A DNA stretch of 32,000 nt from Alkalilimnicola ehrlichii MLHE-1 (GCF_000014785.1 NC_008340.1:2490001-2522000); one strand, 5' to 3'; counted from the first letter of the stretch, positions 10,736-21,147 are shown. Made by a program: numbers and translations. Notes: generated by a model not told the origin, from the letters alone.

Positions 10736-12077
10736 GGGCCACCTCCCGTACCGCGTCGCGGAAGGCCTCACCCCGGTGCTCGAAGCCCCGGAACATATCG
10801 AAGCTGGCACAGGCGGGCGACAGCAGCACCGCGTCGCCGGACCGGGCCAGGTTGGCCGCCCGGCGCACGGCGTCCCTCATATCCGCGGCCCGCTCCACCG
10901 GCACCACCCCGGAGAGCACCTGCGCCAGGCGCGGGGCGTCCCGGCCGATCAGCACCGCCGCCCGGCCCTTCTCGCGAAGCGCGTCGGCCAGCGGCAAGAA
11001 GTCGGCCCCCTTGCCGTCGCCGCCGGCGATCAGCACCACCGGGCCCGCCAGGCCACGGATGGCGGCCACGGCCGCCCCCACATTGGTCCCCTTGGAGTCG
11101 TTGTACCAGCGCACACCGGCGTGCTCGGCCACCCATTCGGTGCGGTGGGGCAGGCCGGTGAAACGGCGCAGCGCCTCGGCCATCGCCGCCACCGGCAGGC
11201 CCAGTCCCTGCCCCAGGCAGAGGGCGGCCAGGGCGTTGGCGCGGTTGTGCAGCCCGGGCAGCCGCAGGTCCGCCGCCGGCAGGACCGGCTCACCATTCAG
11301 GTGCAGCCACGGGGCGCCCCGGTGGTCGGCCACGCCGGCCCCCCGGCGCGGGTTGGACGCCAGGCTGAAGCCCAGGACCGTGCGGCCGGGTTGCGCCATG
11401 GCGGCCACCACCGGATCGTCCAGGTTGAGCACCTGGACGCCGGCGCCGTGGAAGATACGCGCCTTGATCCCGGCGTAGGCGCTGACACTGCCGTGGCGGT
11501 CCATGTGGTCGGCGCTGATGTTGAGCACCGCCGCCACCCGGGGGGCCAGGCTGTGGGTGGTCTCGAGCTGAAAGGAGGAGAGCTCCAGAATGTAGGCATC
11601 GGGCCGGGTCTCCCCATCCAGCAGTGCCAGTGCCGGGGTGCCCAGATTGCCGCCCACCGCCACCCGCCGGCCCGCCGCCTCGGCCATTCGCCCCACCAGG
11701 GTGGTGACCGTGCTCTTGCCATTGGAGCCGGTGATCGCCGCCACCGGCGCATCGGCGTGACGGGCAAACAGCTCGATCTCGCCGATCAACGGCACACCGG
11801 CCCGGCGGGCGGTCTCCAGCGCCGGCTCCCGGAGACTGACCCCGGGACTGACGATGATCTCCCCGGCGCCCGCCAGCAGGGCGGCGTCGAAGCCGCCCGC
11901 GCGCACCGGCACCTGCGGCCATTCCCGTTGCAGGGTGGCCTGCTCCGGCGGCTCGTCGCGGCTGTCGGTGACGCACACATCGAGCCCGCGGGCGGCCAGG
12001 AAACGGACACAGGCCAGCCCGGTGCGGCCGAGGCCAACCACCGCGCGGTATCCTGCTTGCCGTTTCACTGCCTGCAT
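10728..12077 (-). CDS. murD: UDP-N-acetylmuramoylalanine--D-glutamate ligase (MurD)
   Basis: VVGLGRTGLACVRFL, P-loop ITGSNGKSTVTTL, NDSKGTNVGA, and alignable end-to-end with E. coli MurD as recalled from memory. Confidence 0.95.
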   Translation of the reverse strand: MQAVKRQAGYRAVVGLGRTGLACVRFLAARGLDVCVTDSRDEPPEQATLQREWPQVPVRAGGFDAALLAGAGEIIVSPGVSLREPALETARRAGVPLIGEIELFARHADAPVAAITGSNGKSTVTTLVGRMAEAAGRRVAVGGNLGTPALALLDGETRPDAYILELSSFQLETTHSLAPRVAAVLNISADHMDRHGSVSAYAGIKARIFHGAGVQVLNLDDPVVAAMAQPGRTVLGFSLASNPRRGAGVADHRGAPWLHLNGEPVLPAADLRLPGLHNRANALAALCLGQGLGLPVAAMAEALRRFTGLPHRTEWVAEHAGVRWYNDSKGTNVGAAVAAIRGLAGPVVLIAGGDGKGADFLPLADALREKGRAAVLIGRDAPRLAQVLSGVVPVERAADMRDAVRRAANLARSGDAVLLSPACASFDMFRGFEHRGEAFRDAVREVAHG

Positions 12078-12079
12078 GC

Positions 12080-13162
12080 TCAGCGCACCTTCAACATCGC
12101 CAGACCGACCAGCACCAGCACCACGGTGATGATCCAGAAACGCACGATCACCCGGGGCTCGGGCCAGCCCTTCAGTTCAAAATGGTGGTGCAGCGGCGCC
12201 ATGCGGAAGATGCGCCGCCCGGTGAGCTTGTAGGAGGCCACCTGCAACATCACCGACAGGGTCTCGACGACAAACACCCCGCCCATGATCAGCAGCACCA
12301 GCTCCTGGCGCACCACCACCGCGAGGATGCCCAGCGCCGCACCCAGGGCCAGCGCCCCCACATCGCCCATGAACACCTGGGCGGGGTAGGTGTTGAACCA
12401 GAGGAAGCCCAGCCCGGCGCCGATGAGTGCGCCGCAGAAAACCACCACCTCACCGGCCCCCGCCACGAAGGGGATACCCAGGTAATCGGCGAACACGGCG
12501 TGGCCGGTGGCATAGGCAAAGACCGCCAGGCCGCCGGCCACCAGCACCGAGGGCAGGATGGCCAGCCCGTCCAGGCCGTCGGTGAGGTTGACGGCGTTGG
12601 AGGAGCCCACCACCACCAGCCAGACCAGGGGGATAAAGAGCAGCCCCAACGGCAACACCACGTCCTTGAACAGTGGCACGATGAGGCTCGTCTCCAACGG
12701 CGACTGCGCGGTGGAGAACAAAAAGACGGCGGCCATCAGCGCAACCACCGTCTGCCAGAAGAACTTGGCGCGCGCGGACAGGCCCTTGCTGTTGCCCAGG
12801 GCCAGCTTGCGGTAGTCGTCCACGCCGCCGATCACACCGAAGGCCAGGGTGGTGAGCAGCACCACCCAGACATAGCGGTTGGTCAGATCGGACCAGAGCA
12901 GGGTGGCCACGGCGATGGCCACCAGGATCAGGGCCCCCCCCATGGTGGGCGTGCCCGCCTTGGACAGGTGGCTCTGCGGACCGTCGTCGCGCACCTGCTG
13001 GCCGATCTGATGCTCGACCAGGCGCTGGATGACGGCCGGCCCCACCAGCAGCGCGATCCCGAGGGCGGTGAGCACCCCCAGGATGGTCCGGAATGTCAGG
13101 TACTGAAAGACGTTGAAACCGGAGTACACGCCCTCCAGCGCCATGGCCAGGTGATAAAGCAC
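12080..13162 (-). CDS. mraY: Phospho-N-acetylmuramoyl-pentapeptide transferase (MraY)
   Basis: [34 protein letters not shown] matches the MraY N-terminus. Motifs [21 protein letters not shown] and [14 protein letters not shown] start directly abuts the murF stop. Confidence 0.96.
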   Translation of the reverse strand: MLYHLAMALEGVYSGFNVFQYLTFRTILGVLTALGIALLVGPAVIQRLVEHQIGQQVRDDGPQSHLSKAGTPTMGGALILVAIAVATLLWSDLTNRYVWVVLLTTLAFGVIGGVDDYRKLALGNSKGLSARAKFFWQTVVALMAAVFLFSTAQSPLETSLIVPLFKDVVLPLGLLFIPLVWLVVVGSSNAVNLTDGLDGLAILPSVLVAGGLAVFAYATGHAVFADYLGIPFVAGAGEVVVFCGALIGAGLGFLWFNTYPAQVFMGDVGALALGAALGILAVVVRQELVLLIMGGVFVVETLSVMLQVASYKLTGRRIFRMAPLHHHFELKGWPEPRVIVRFWIITVVLVLVGLAMLKVR

Positions 13163-14518
13163 TCAGCTCTCTCCCGCTTGCTCATCGCCGCCGGCCAGCC
13201 CGGCGACGATGCGATCCATACCCATGAAACGCGAGCCCTTCACCAGCACCCGCACCTCGCCGGACAGCTCGGCGAGCAGCGCCGCCAGCAGGCTGTCCCG
13301 GTCATCGAAATGGCGGCCGCCCTCACCGAAGGCCCGGGCCGCGGCCGCCGCCAGCGTCCCGACGGCGAACAGCCGGTGGACCCCGGCCCGGCGCGCCGCC
13401 TCGCCGGCCTCGGCGTGCAGCGCCTCGGCGCCGGCGCCCAGTTCGCCCATATCCCCCAACACCAGCCAGCGCTCGCCGTGCTCGGCGGCCAGCACATCCA
13501 GCGCCGCCTGCAGCGAGGCCGGGTTGGCGTTATAGGTATCGTCCAGGATCCGGCAGTCCTCGCGCCCGGTGCGCCACTGCAGCCGTCCGGCCACCCCGGA
13601 GCAGGCCTCCAGGCCGGCGACGATGTCGCCCAGCGGCACCTCCAGCGCCACCGCCACCGCCGCCGCGGCCAGGGCGTTCATGACGTTGTGCCGCCCCGGG
13701 AGCGGCAGGCGCACCGGGTGGCGGCCGCCGGGGATCTGCAGTTCGAAGTGACCGCCAGCGGTCTCGGCGGTGGCACGGACGTCGGCATCGGCGCCACGAC
13801 CGAAGCGCAGGCAGCGGCGGTCGCCCACCAGGGCGTACCAGGTCGGCGCCTGGGGGTCGTCGGCATTCACCACCGCCACACCCGCGTCGGGCAGGCCCAG
13901 GAAGAGCTCGCCCTTGGCCCGGGCCACCCCGGCCAGATCGCCAAACCCCTCCAGGTGCGCCGGGCCGGCGTTGGTGATGACAGCGACCTCCGGGGCCGCA
14001 ATGGCGGTGAGGCGGGCGATCTCGCCGGGGGCGTTCGCCCCCATCTCGATGACGGCGTAGCGGTGCTCGCGGTCCAGCCGCAGCAACGTCAGGGGGACAC
14101 CGAGTTCGTTGTTGAGGTTCCCCCGGGTGGCCAGGGTGGCACCGCGCCGGGCCAGGATGGCGGCGATCATCTCCTTGACCGTGGTCTTGCCGTTGCTCCC
14201 GGTCACCCCCACCACCCGCGCCGCCAGCCGGCGGCGCCAGGCAGCGCCCAGGGCCTGCAATGCGGCGCGGGTGTCCGCCACCCGCACCACCGGCAGGGGC
14301 CAGTCGCCGTCCCGTTCCACCAGGGCGGCGGCGGCGCCGCGCCGGGCCGCGTCGGCGATGAAGTCGTGGCCGTCCACCCGCTCGCCGGCCATGGCGACGA
14401 AGAGCCCGCCCGGCGCCAGGCCCCGGCTGTCGAGTCCGACCTCGCCCACGGTGACGGCGTCACCATGGCGGGTGCCGCCAGTCCATTCCGCCACTTCCTG
14501 CAGGGTAAAACGGCTCAT
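13163..14518 (-). CDS. murF: UDP-N-acetylmuramoyl-tripeptide--D-alanyl-D-alanine ligase (MurF)
   Basis: P-loop VTGSNGKTTVKEM, Mur ligase domains, and its position between murE and mraY. The ATG overlaps the murE stop (ATGA). Confidence 0.94.
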   Translation of the reverse strand: MSRFTLQEVAEWTGGTRHGDAVTVGEVGLDSRGLAPGGLFVAMAGERVDGHDFIADAARRGAAAALVERDGDWPLPVVRVADTRAALQALGAAWRRRLAARVVGVTGSNGKTTVKEMIAAILARRGATLATRGNLNNELGVPLTLLRLDREHRYAVIEMGANAPGEIARLTAIAAPEVAVITNAGPAHLEGFGDLAGVARAKGELFLGLPDAGVAVVNADDPQAPTWYALVGDRRCLRFGRGADADVRATAETAGGHFELQIPGGRHPVRLPLPGRHNVMNALAAAAVAVALEVPLGDIVAGLEACSGVAGRLQWRTGREDCRILDDTYNANPASLQAALDVLAAEHGERWLVLGDMGELGAGAEALHAEAGEAARRAGVHRLFAVGTLAAAAARAFGEGGRHFDDRDSLLAALLAELSGEVRVLVKGSRFMGMDRIVAGLAGGDEQAGES

Positions 14519-16011
14519 GCGCCCTCCTCCTCGCCCAGGGCCTGGACCACGGCCTCGCGGTCACTGAACGGCAGGCACCGGTCGCCGATCTGCTGCACGG
14601 TCTCGTGGCCCTTACCGGCCACCAGCACCACGTCCTCGGGGCCGGCCCGTTCCACCGCGTGGCGGATGGCGCCGGCGCGGTCGCGCAGTACCGGCCAGTC
14701 GCGACCGGGGGCGCCTTGGCGGATGTCGTCAATGATCCGGTCCGGGTCCTCCCGGCGCGGATTGTCGTCGGTGAGCACCACGCGGTCGGCCAGTTCCGCG
14801 GCCGCCTCGCCCATGAGGGGCCGTTTGCCCCGGTCGCGGTCACCGCCACAGCCGAAGACCAGCCAGACCGCGCCCCGGTAGTGGGCCCGCACGGCCGCCA
14901 GGGCGCCGCGCAGGGCCGCCGGGGTGTGGGCATAGTCAACGATCACGCTGGGCCGCCCGGGGCGGGTGAAGGGCTCCATCCGCCCGGGCACCGGCCGCAG
15001 GCCGGCCAGGCGTTCGACGATCACCGGCAGGGCCACGCCCAGGCTCAGGGCCGCGGCCGCGACCGCCAGCACGTTGGCGGCGTTGAAGGCACCGAGCAAC
15101 GGGGCCTGCACCGGCGCCTCGCCCCACTCGGTGCTTAGCCGCAGGCGCAGGCCCTGCGGCTCCAGCACCAACCCCTCGCCGCGCACCCCGGCCTGGGGGT
15201 GGCCGGCGAGGCTGTAGCCCAGCGCCCGGGTGCCGCCGGCCAGGGCCCCGTGCACCTGCCGCCCGAAGGCGTCGTCCAGGTTGAGCACCGCCCACTGCAG
15301 CCCGGGGACCCCGAACAGGCGCGATTTCGCCTCGGCATACCCGGCCAGGTCGCCGTGGTAGTCCAGGTGATCGCGCCCCAGGTTGGTGAGCACCGCGGTG
15401 TGGAACCGGACGCCCGCCACCCGGTGCTGGTCCAGGGCGTGGGAGGAGACCTCCATGGCCACCTGGGCGGCGCCCTGACGGTGTAACCGAGCCAGCGTCC
15501 GCTGCACGCTCGCCGCATCGGGCGTGGTATGGGTGCCGGGCTGAAGGGAATCCGGGAAGCCGCTGCCGAGGGTGCCGACAAGCCCGCAGCGATGGGCCTC
15601 GCGGTCGAGCAACTGCGCCAGGTACTGGGTGACGGAGGTCTTGCCGTCGGTGCCGGTGACCCCCACCACGCGCATCCGCGCGCTGGGGTCGCCGTACAGC
15701 CGCGCGGCAATGGGACCGAGCCGCCGACCCAGGTCCGGCACCGCGATCAGCGGGACCCCGGCGCGCTCAGCGGCGGTGCGCTCATCCGGCTCGGGCGCCA
15801 CGTCCCCGGCCGGCTCCCAGAGCACTGCCCCGGCACCGGCGGCCAGGGCGTCCCCGAGATAACCCAGCCCGTGATGCCGGGAACCGCGCAGGGCCACAAA
15901 GACGAAGCCGGGCTCGATGTCCCGGCTATCCACCGCCAACCCGCCGACCGGGCGGTCGTCGGCATCGGTGAGATCGAGCCAGGGTTGGAGGAGTGTCCTA
16001 AGCCGCATCAT
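14515..16011 (-). CDS. murE: UDP-N-acetylmuramoyl-L-alanyl-D-glutamate--2,6-diaminopimelate ligase (MurE)
   Basis: P-loop VTGTDGKTSVT and the DAP-specificity DNPR motif (LTDDNPRRED). The ATG overlaps the ftsI stop (ATGA). Confidence 0.95.
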   Translation of the reverse strand: MMRLRTLLQPWLDLTDADDRPVGGLAVDSRDIEPGFVFVALRGSRHHGLGYLGDALAAGAGAVLWEPAGDVAPEPDERTAAERAGVPLIAVPDLGRRLGPIAARLYGDPSARMRVVGVTGTDGKTSVTQYLAQLLDREAHRCGLVGTLGSGFPDSLQPGTHTTPDAASVQRTLARLHRQGAAQVAMEVSSHALDQHRVAGVRFHTAVLTNLGRDHLDYHGDLAGYAEAKSRLFGVPGLQWAVLNLDDAFGRQVHGALAGGTRALGYSLAGHPQAGVRGEGLVLEPQGLRLRLSTEWGEAPVQAPLLGAFNAANVLAVAAAALSLGVALPVIVERLAGLRPVPGRMEPFTRPGRPSVIVDYAHTPAALRGALAAVRAHYRGAVWLVFGCGGDRDRGKRPLMGEAAAELADRVVLTDDNPRREDPDRIIDDIRQGAPGRDWPVLRDRAGAIRHAVERAGPEDVVLVAGKGHETVQQIGDRCLPFSDREAVVQALGEEEGA

Positions 16012-17744
16012 GGCCGCCCCTCCCCGCCCGCAACGATGAGGCCGGAGGGCAGCGCATCGCCATCCGGGGCGATGTTCATCAACCGCAGCGCGCCGGCCAT
16101 GACCTGCCCGAAGACCGGTGCCGCCACCTGGCCGCCGTAGTATTCATCGCCCCGCGGCCCGTCCACCAGGACCGCCATGGCCAGACGTGGCCGGCTCACC
16201 GGTGCCACCCCGGCAAACATGGCGATGTAGCCATCGTCCTCGCCATAGCCGGTGGGCCCGGCCTTGCGCACGGTGCCGGTCTTGCCGGCGACCCGGTACC
16301 CCGGCACTGCTGCGCGGGTCCCGGTGCCGCCGGGCTGGGTCACCGTCTCGAGCATCTCCAGCACCTGGCGGGAGAGCGCGGGGTCCAGGACCTGTTCCTC
16401 CGACTCCGGTGGCTGGCCATTGCGGTGGAGCAGGCTCACCGGGCGCTGGACGCCGGCGGCGGCCAGGGTGGCATAGGCGCGAGCGATCTGCAGCGGGGTG
16501 GCGGTGAGTCCGTAGCCGAAGGAGAGGGTCGCCCGCTGCACTTCGTCCCGCGGCGGCATGCTGCTCACCCGGCCAGTGGCCTCGCCTTGGAAGCCGACGA
16601 AGGTGCTGGCCCCGAAGCCCATCTCCAGCAGCAGCCCCCAGAGAGCGTCCGGCTCCATCTCCAGGGCCAGGCGCACGGCCCCGACATTGCTGGACTTCTG
16701 CAGCAGGGTGGTGACGTCGATCTCGCCGTAATCGCGGATATCGCGGATGGTATGGCGCCCCACCCGCAGCGTGCCGGGGCTGGTCGACAGGGAGGTCTCC
16801 GGCCGGACCACCCCCTCACGCAGCGCCGCCAGCACCGTGAAGGGCTTGATCAGGGAGCCGGGTTCATAGGCGTCGATAATGGCACGATTACGCTGAACCC
16901 CGTTGCCGATCTCGTTGCGCCGGTGGGGATTGAAGCCGGGCTGGTTGACCATCGCCAGCACCTCGCCGGATTCCACGTCCAGCAGCACCAGCGAGCCGCC
17001 GCGGGCATCGTGCTCACGCACCGCGGCCTTCAGTTCCCGGTAGGCCAGATACTGCAGGCGGCGATCGATGCTCAGCGCCAGATCGCGGCCGGCGCGGGGC
17101 TCGCGCAACAGCTCCACGTCCTCCACCACCCGCCCCAGACGGTCCTGGATGACCCGCTTGCGACCCGGCTCGCCGCGCAGCCAGGCGTCATAGGTGAGCT
17201 CCAGGCCTTCCTGACCCTGGTCGTCGATGTTGGTGAAGCCCAGCAGGTGGGCGCTGACCTCGCCGGAGGGGTAAAAACGGCGGTACTCCTGCTGCAGCGC
17301 CACCCCCGGCAGGGCCGCGCGGCGCACGGCCTCGGCCTGCTCGGGCGAGACCTGGCGCCGGACCCAGGCGAACTCACTACCCGGCCGTGCCTCCAGCCGC
17401 CGCTGCAGGCGGGCACGCGGCATGCCCACCAGTTCCGCCAGCGCGGTGACGGCCTCGGGGTGGTCCAACAACTGACCCGGGTCGGCCCACACCGAATCCA
17501 CCGGCGAGCTGATCGCCAGCGGTTCACCGTGGCGGTCGGTGATCACGCCACGATGGGCCGGCATGGCGCGGGTGCGCATCTGCCGGGCCTCGCCCTGGGT
17601 CTGCAGGAATTGCCGGTCCAACACCTGCAGCTCCACCGCCCGCCACATCAGAGCGCCGACCAGCAGGAAAAAGACGAGCGCCACCACGCCCAGGCGCCAG
17701 CCGGCAACCTGGGGCATGGCGGTCTTCTGCGCTCGCCTGCTCAT
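16008..17744 (-). CDS. ftsI: Peptidoglycan D,D-transpeptidase FtsI (PBP3)
   Basis: N-terminal TM anchor. Transpeptidase motifs SLIK (SxxK), SSN and KTGT. The ORF-track start at 17786 is a TTG inside ftsL. ATG 17744 lies 22 nt after the ftsL stop, with GGAG 10 nt upstream. Confidence 0.93.
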   Translation of the reverse strand: MSRRAQKTAMPQVAGWRLGVVALVFFLLVGALMWRAVELQVLDRQFLQTQGEARQMRTRAMPAHRGVITDRHGEPLAISSPVDSVWADPGQLLDHPEAVTALAELVGMPRARLQRRLEARPGSEFAWVRRQVSPEQAEAVRRAALPGVALQQEYRRFYPSGEVSAHLLGFTNIDDQGQEGLELTYDAWLRGEPGRKRVIQDRLGRVVEDVELLREPRAGRDLALSIDRRLQYLAYRELKAAVREHDARGGSLVLLDVESGEVLAMVNQPGFNPHRRNEIGNGVQRNRAIIDAYEPGSLIKPFTVLAALREGVVRPETSLSTSPGTLRVGRHTIRDIRDYGEIDVTTLLQKSSNVGAVRLALEMEPDALWGLLLEMGFGASTFVGFQGEATGRVSSMPPRDEVQRATLSFGYGLTATPLQIARAYATLAAAGVQRPVSLLHRNGQPPESEEQVLDPALSRQVLEMLETVTQPGGTGTRAAVPGYRVAGKTGTVRKAGPTGYGEDDGYIAMFAGVAPVSRPRLAMAVLVDGPRGDEYYGGQVAAPVFGQVMAGALRLMNIAPDGDALPSGLIVAGGEGRP

Positions 17745-17766
17745 CGAATCCCCACTCCCCACCCCG

Positions 17767-18042
17767 TCAGGGGCGAATGATGACAATGTCCTCGCGCCCG
17801 GGCATCACCATGCCCAGACGCTCCCGGCCCACACGCTCCACCCGGCCGTGCCCGGCCCAGGTGCCCTGCTCCAGTTGCAGCATGCCCCACTCCACATTGA
17901 GGTGGTCCGCCTCGGCGGACAGCCCCTGCAACTCCATGAACAGGCTGCGGTGCTGGTGCTTGCTGGCGACCACGCCCAGCGCCGAGCCGAGGACGGCGAC
18001 CACGAGCCCCAGGCATAGCGCAATGGCCATGCCGCGGCTCAT
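17767..18042 (-). CDS. ftsL: Cell division protein FtsL
   Basis: 91 aa, with a single TM ([19 protein letters not shown]) followed by a short coiled-coil-like region. Conserved position between rsmH and ftsI. The ATG overlaps the rsmH stop (ATGA). Confidence 0.85.
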
Positions 18043-18992
18043 GGCAGCCGCTCCGCCACCCGCATCACCGCGCTGCGGGCCCGAGGATTGGCCGCCTGCT
18101 CGGCCTCCCCCGGGCGCAGCGCCCGGCCCACGGACCGCAGGCGCGGCTGCAGCGCCTCCGGCGCCACCGGCACGCTGGGCGGCAAATCGCCCACGGTGGA
18201 CTGCTTGCGGATGTAGCGTTTGACCCGCCGGTCCTCCAGCGAGTGAAAGCTGATCACCACCAGTCGCCCCCCCGGGGCCAACAGATCACAGATCCGCTCC
18301 AGCAGGGCATCCAGGGCCTCCAGCTCGCCATTGATGGCGATGCGCAGGGCCTGAAAGCTGCGGGTGGCCGGGTGTTTGCCCGGCTCCGGCCGCCCGGGTA
18401 CGTTCTCAGCAATCAGCCGGGCCAGGGCACCGGTGGTCTCCGGCAGTGCCCCGTCCTCGCGGGCCCGGATCAACGCCCGGGCGATCCGGCGGCTGTGCCG
18501 CTCCTCACCGTAGTCACGCAGCGCCCGGCTCAGGGTCTTCTCGTCCACCTGCTCCAGCCATTCCCGAGCCGTCACCCCGCGGCTGGTGTCCATGCGCATG
18601 TCCAACGGCCCCTCGCGCATGAAGCTGAAACCGCGCTCGGCACTGTCCAGTTGCGGCGACGACACCCCCAGGTCCAGCAGCAGGCCGTCCACCCGATGCA
18701 GCAATCCGGCCGCCTCCAGCCGCCCGGGCAATTCATCGAAACGGCCATGGGCGATGGTGCAGCGGGGGTCGTCCCCGTGCCGGGCCCGAGCCACGGCGAT
18801 GGCCTCCGGATCCCGGTCCACCAACCACAAGCGCCCCTCCGGCCCCAGACGCGCAAGGATGCCGGCCGCATGGCCGCCCCGGCCGAAGGTGCCATCCACA
18901 TAGACCCCGTGCGGACGAATGGCCAGGGCGTCCAGGGCCTCGTCCAGCAGCACCGGCCGGTGTGCGTCCTGCCCCGCCGGCCCGCCGTTCAC
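18039..18992 (-). CDS. rsmH: 16S rRNA (cytosine1402-N4)-methyltransferase RsmH (MraW)
   Basis: [33 protein letters not shown] and [12 protein letters not shown] motifs. The GTG start overlaps the mraZ stop (GTGA). Confidence 0.95.
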
Positions 18993-19441
18993 AGCGTCAG
19001 ACTCCCCAGTTCGTCGGGAACGCCGTCCTGGCGCGCCTCGTCCAGCCAGTCGGTGCGGGCCTGCTCCCAGGCCTCGGCATCCCAGAGCTCAAACCGGTGG
19101 ACCTGGCCCACCAGCACAATCTTCTTGTCCAGATTGGCGTAGTCACGCAACGGCTGCGGCAGCAGCACGCGCCCGCTGCCATCGAGTTGCAGGTCATGGG
19201 CGTGGCCGATCAGCAGGCGCTGCAGGCGCCGTGCCTGTGGATTGAGGCTGGGGAGCTTGACCAGATCCCGCTCCAGCACCTCCCAGTCCGGGAGCGGATA
19301 GAGCATCAGGCAGGGGGACTCGTAATCGATGGTCGCCACCACCTCGCCGTCGCAAAGGCCCATTAGACGGTCCCGATAACGGCTCGGGAACGCCATGCGC
19401 CCTTTGGCGTCGAGATTGAGATGTGTGACCCCCCTGAACAC
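18989..19441 (-). CDS. mraZ: Transcriptional regulator MraZ
   Basis: [26 protein letters not shown] matches the MraZ N-terminus. 150 aa with two SpoVT/AbrB-like halves. GTG start. First gene of the dcw cluster. Confidence 0.93.
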
Positions 19442-19461
19442 GGCCGGCTATGCCCCCCAAG

Positions 19462-19497
19462 CCCACAATTAAACCACTTCATGCCACCTTGACCCAC
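19462..19497 (-). promoter_or_regulatory. Putative MraZ operator: four direct GTGGN repeats phased about one helical turn apart
   Basis: The minus strand reads GTGGG-TCAAG-GTGGC-ATGAA-GTGGT-TTAATT-GTGGG. It lies between the -10 element and the mraZ start. Confidence 0.55.
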
Positions 19498-19505
19498 TTT
19501 CCGAC

Positions 19506-19535
19506 ACTATAGGTAGCGGCGACAACCGGTGTCAA
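19506..19535 (-). promoter_or_regulatory. Pmra, a sigma70-type promoter of the dcw cluster
   Basis: The minus strand reads TTGACA (19535..19530), N18, TATAGT (19511..19506). An A/T-rich tract (GAAAGAAATATT) lies upstream where an UP element would sit. Confidence 0.6.
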
Positions 19536-19744
19536 GGCAAAAGGGGCCTGAATATTTCTTTCACAACAATAAGTTACCAACGAACCCCAAAGTGGGGCGT
19601 CAGACCGAGGGGGAGGCATTACGTTTCCGGAAACTAATCAGAAGGTTGGCCGTCGTGCATCAGAAAATGCACGAACTATGGCCGCACAACGTGCTGGTTC
19701 GACGGGAATTCCTCAGGATAAACCGAAAAATTCCGGTGGGAAGG

Positions 19745-20109
<365 letters not shown>

Positions 20110-20115
20110 GCGCCC

Positions 20116-20144
20116 ATTGTACCCGTTTTCGCCGGCGGTCGGAA
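20116..20144 (-). promoter_or_regulatory. Candidate rnpB promoter
   Basis: The minus strand reads TTCCGA-N17-TACAAT. A purine (A, about 20109) lies 7 nt downstream, coincident with the start of P1. Confidence 0.4.
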
Positions 20145-20179
20145 TGGCCCTGGCGCCGGGCAGGCACACCGGGCACATC

Positions 20180-21028
20180 TTAACCCTCCACGCCCTTCTC
20201 CCGCAGCGCCAGTTGGTAGAGCCGGTTGCGCGGGGCCCCGGTGATCTGAGCCGCCACCCGCGCCGCCCGCTTGACAGGGAGTTCGGCGAGCAGCGGCCGG
20301 AGGGTGTGCAACAGCGTCTCATCATCGCTGGCCGTCGCCGGTGCCCCGGCCAACAGCAGCACGAATTCGCCCCGACGCTGATCGGGGTCCGCCTCCAGCC
20401 GCTGAACCAGCGCGCCCACCGGCCCCCGCAGCACGGTCTCCCAGGTCTTGGTGAGCTCCCGAGCCACCACCGCGGGGCGCTCGGGCCCGAACACCTCGGC
20501 CACTGTTCGCAGGCTGTCCAGTATCCTGTGGCTCGACTCCAGCAGCACCAGGGTGCGCGGCTCCGCGGCCAGCGCGGCGAGGGCCTTGCGGCGCGGGCCG
20601 GGGCGCGCAGGCAGAAAACCCTCGAAGCAGAAGCGGTCGGTGGGCAGGCCCGCCACCGAGAGCGCAGCCATGACCGCACTGGGCCCGGGCACCGGGCTGG
20701 TCCGCACGCCGGCCCAGGCACAGGCGCTGACCAGCCGGTAGCCCGGGTCGCTGACCAGCGGGGTCCCGGCATCGGAGATCAGCGCGATGTCCTCGCCGGC
20801 CTGCAGACGCGCCAACAGCCGGGGGACCTGGCGATCCTCATTGTGCTCGTGCAGGCTCACCAGCCGGGCACTGATGCCATAATGGCTGAGGAGCTGGCCG
20901 GAGCGGCGGGTGTCCTCGGCGGCCACCACCGCCACCCCGGCCAGCACCCGACGGGCCCGCTCGCTGATGTCGCCCCGGTTGCCGATGGGTGTGGCCACCA
21001 CGTAAAGGGTGCCCTGGAGGTTTGACAC
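20180..21028 (-). CDS. rsmI: 16S rRNA (cytidine1402-2'-O)-methyltransferase RsmI
   Basis: TLYVVATPIGNRGDISERA..VAAEDTRRSGQLL, a tetrapyrrole-methylase fold. GTG start with GGGAG 6 nt upstream. Confidence 0.93.
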   Translation of the reverse strand: MSNLQGTLYVVATPIGNRGDISERARRVLAGVAVVAAEDTRRSGQLLSHYGISARLVSLHEHNEDRQVPRLLARLQAGEDIALISDAGTPLVSDPGYRLVSACAWAGVRTSPVPGPSAVMAALSVAGLPTDRFCFEGFLPARPGPRRKALAALAAEPRTLVLLESSHRILDSLRTVAEVFGPERPAVVARELTKTWETVLRGPVGALVQRLEADPDQRRGEFVLLLAGAPATASDDETLLHTLRPLLAELPVKRAARVAAQITGAPRNRLYQLALREKGVEG

Positions 21029-21147
21029 GGCAAGCTCCCAGTAATGATACTTTTCGGTTCAGGATGAGCGTTGTACCAGCTCCGCCCCCAAAGGACCATG
21101 CCCGCACCGGGCACCACCCCCTCAACCCGCGGCGCCGCCAGCCAGAG

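Noticed and set aside
12182-14881. 899-aa ORF on the plus strand. Similar long ORFs include 2036..3172, 3215..4441, 5085..6524, 10575..12233 and 16425..17780.
   Set aside because: These ORFs lie antisense to well-supported mraY/murF/murE and other genes. Their translations are low-complexity and rich in R, G, H, P, Q and A, with no recognisable motifs. Long stop-free antisense frames are expected in DNA this GC-rich.
19623-19634. Perfect 12-bp palindrome GTTTCCGGAAAC as a stand-alone regulator site.
   Set aside because: Several 12-bp palindromes are expected by chance in 32 kb, and I recognise no matching regulator consensus. It is kept only as a detail of the rnpB-mraZ spacer finding.
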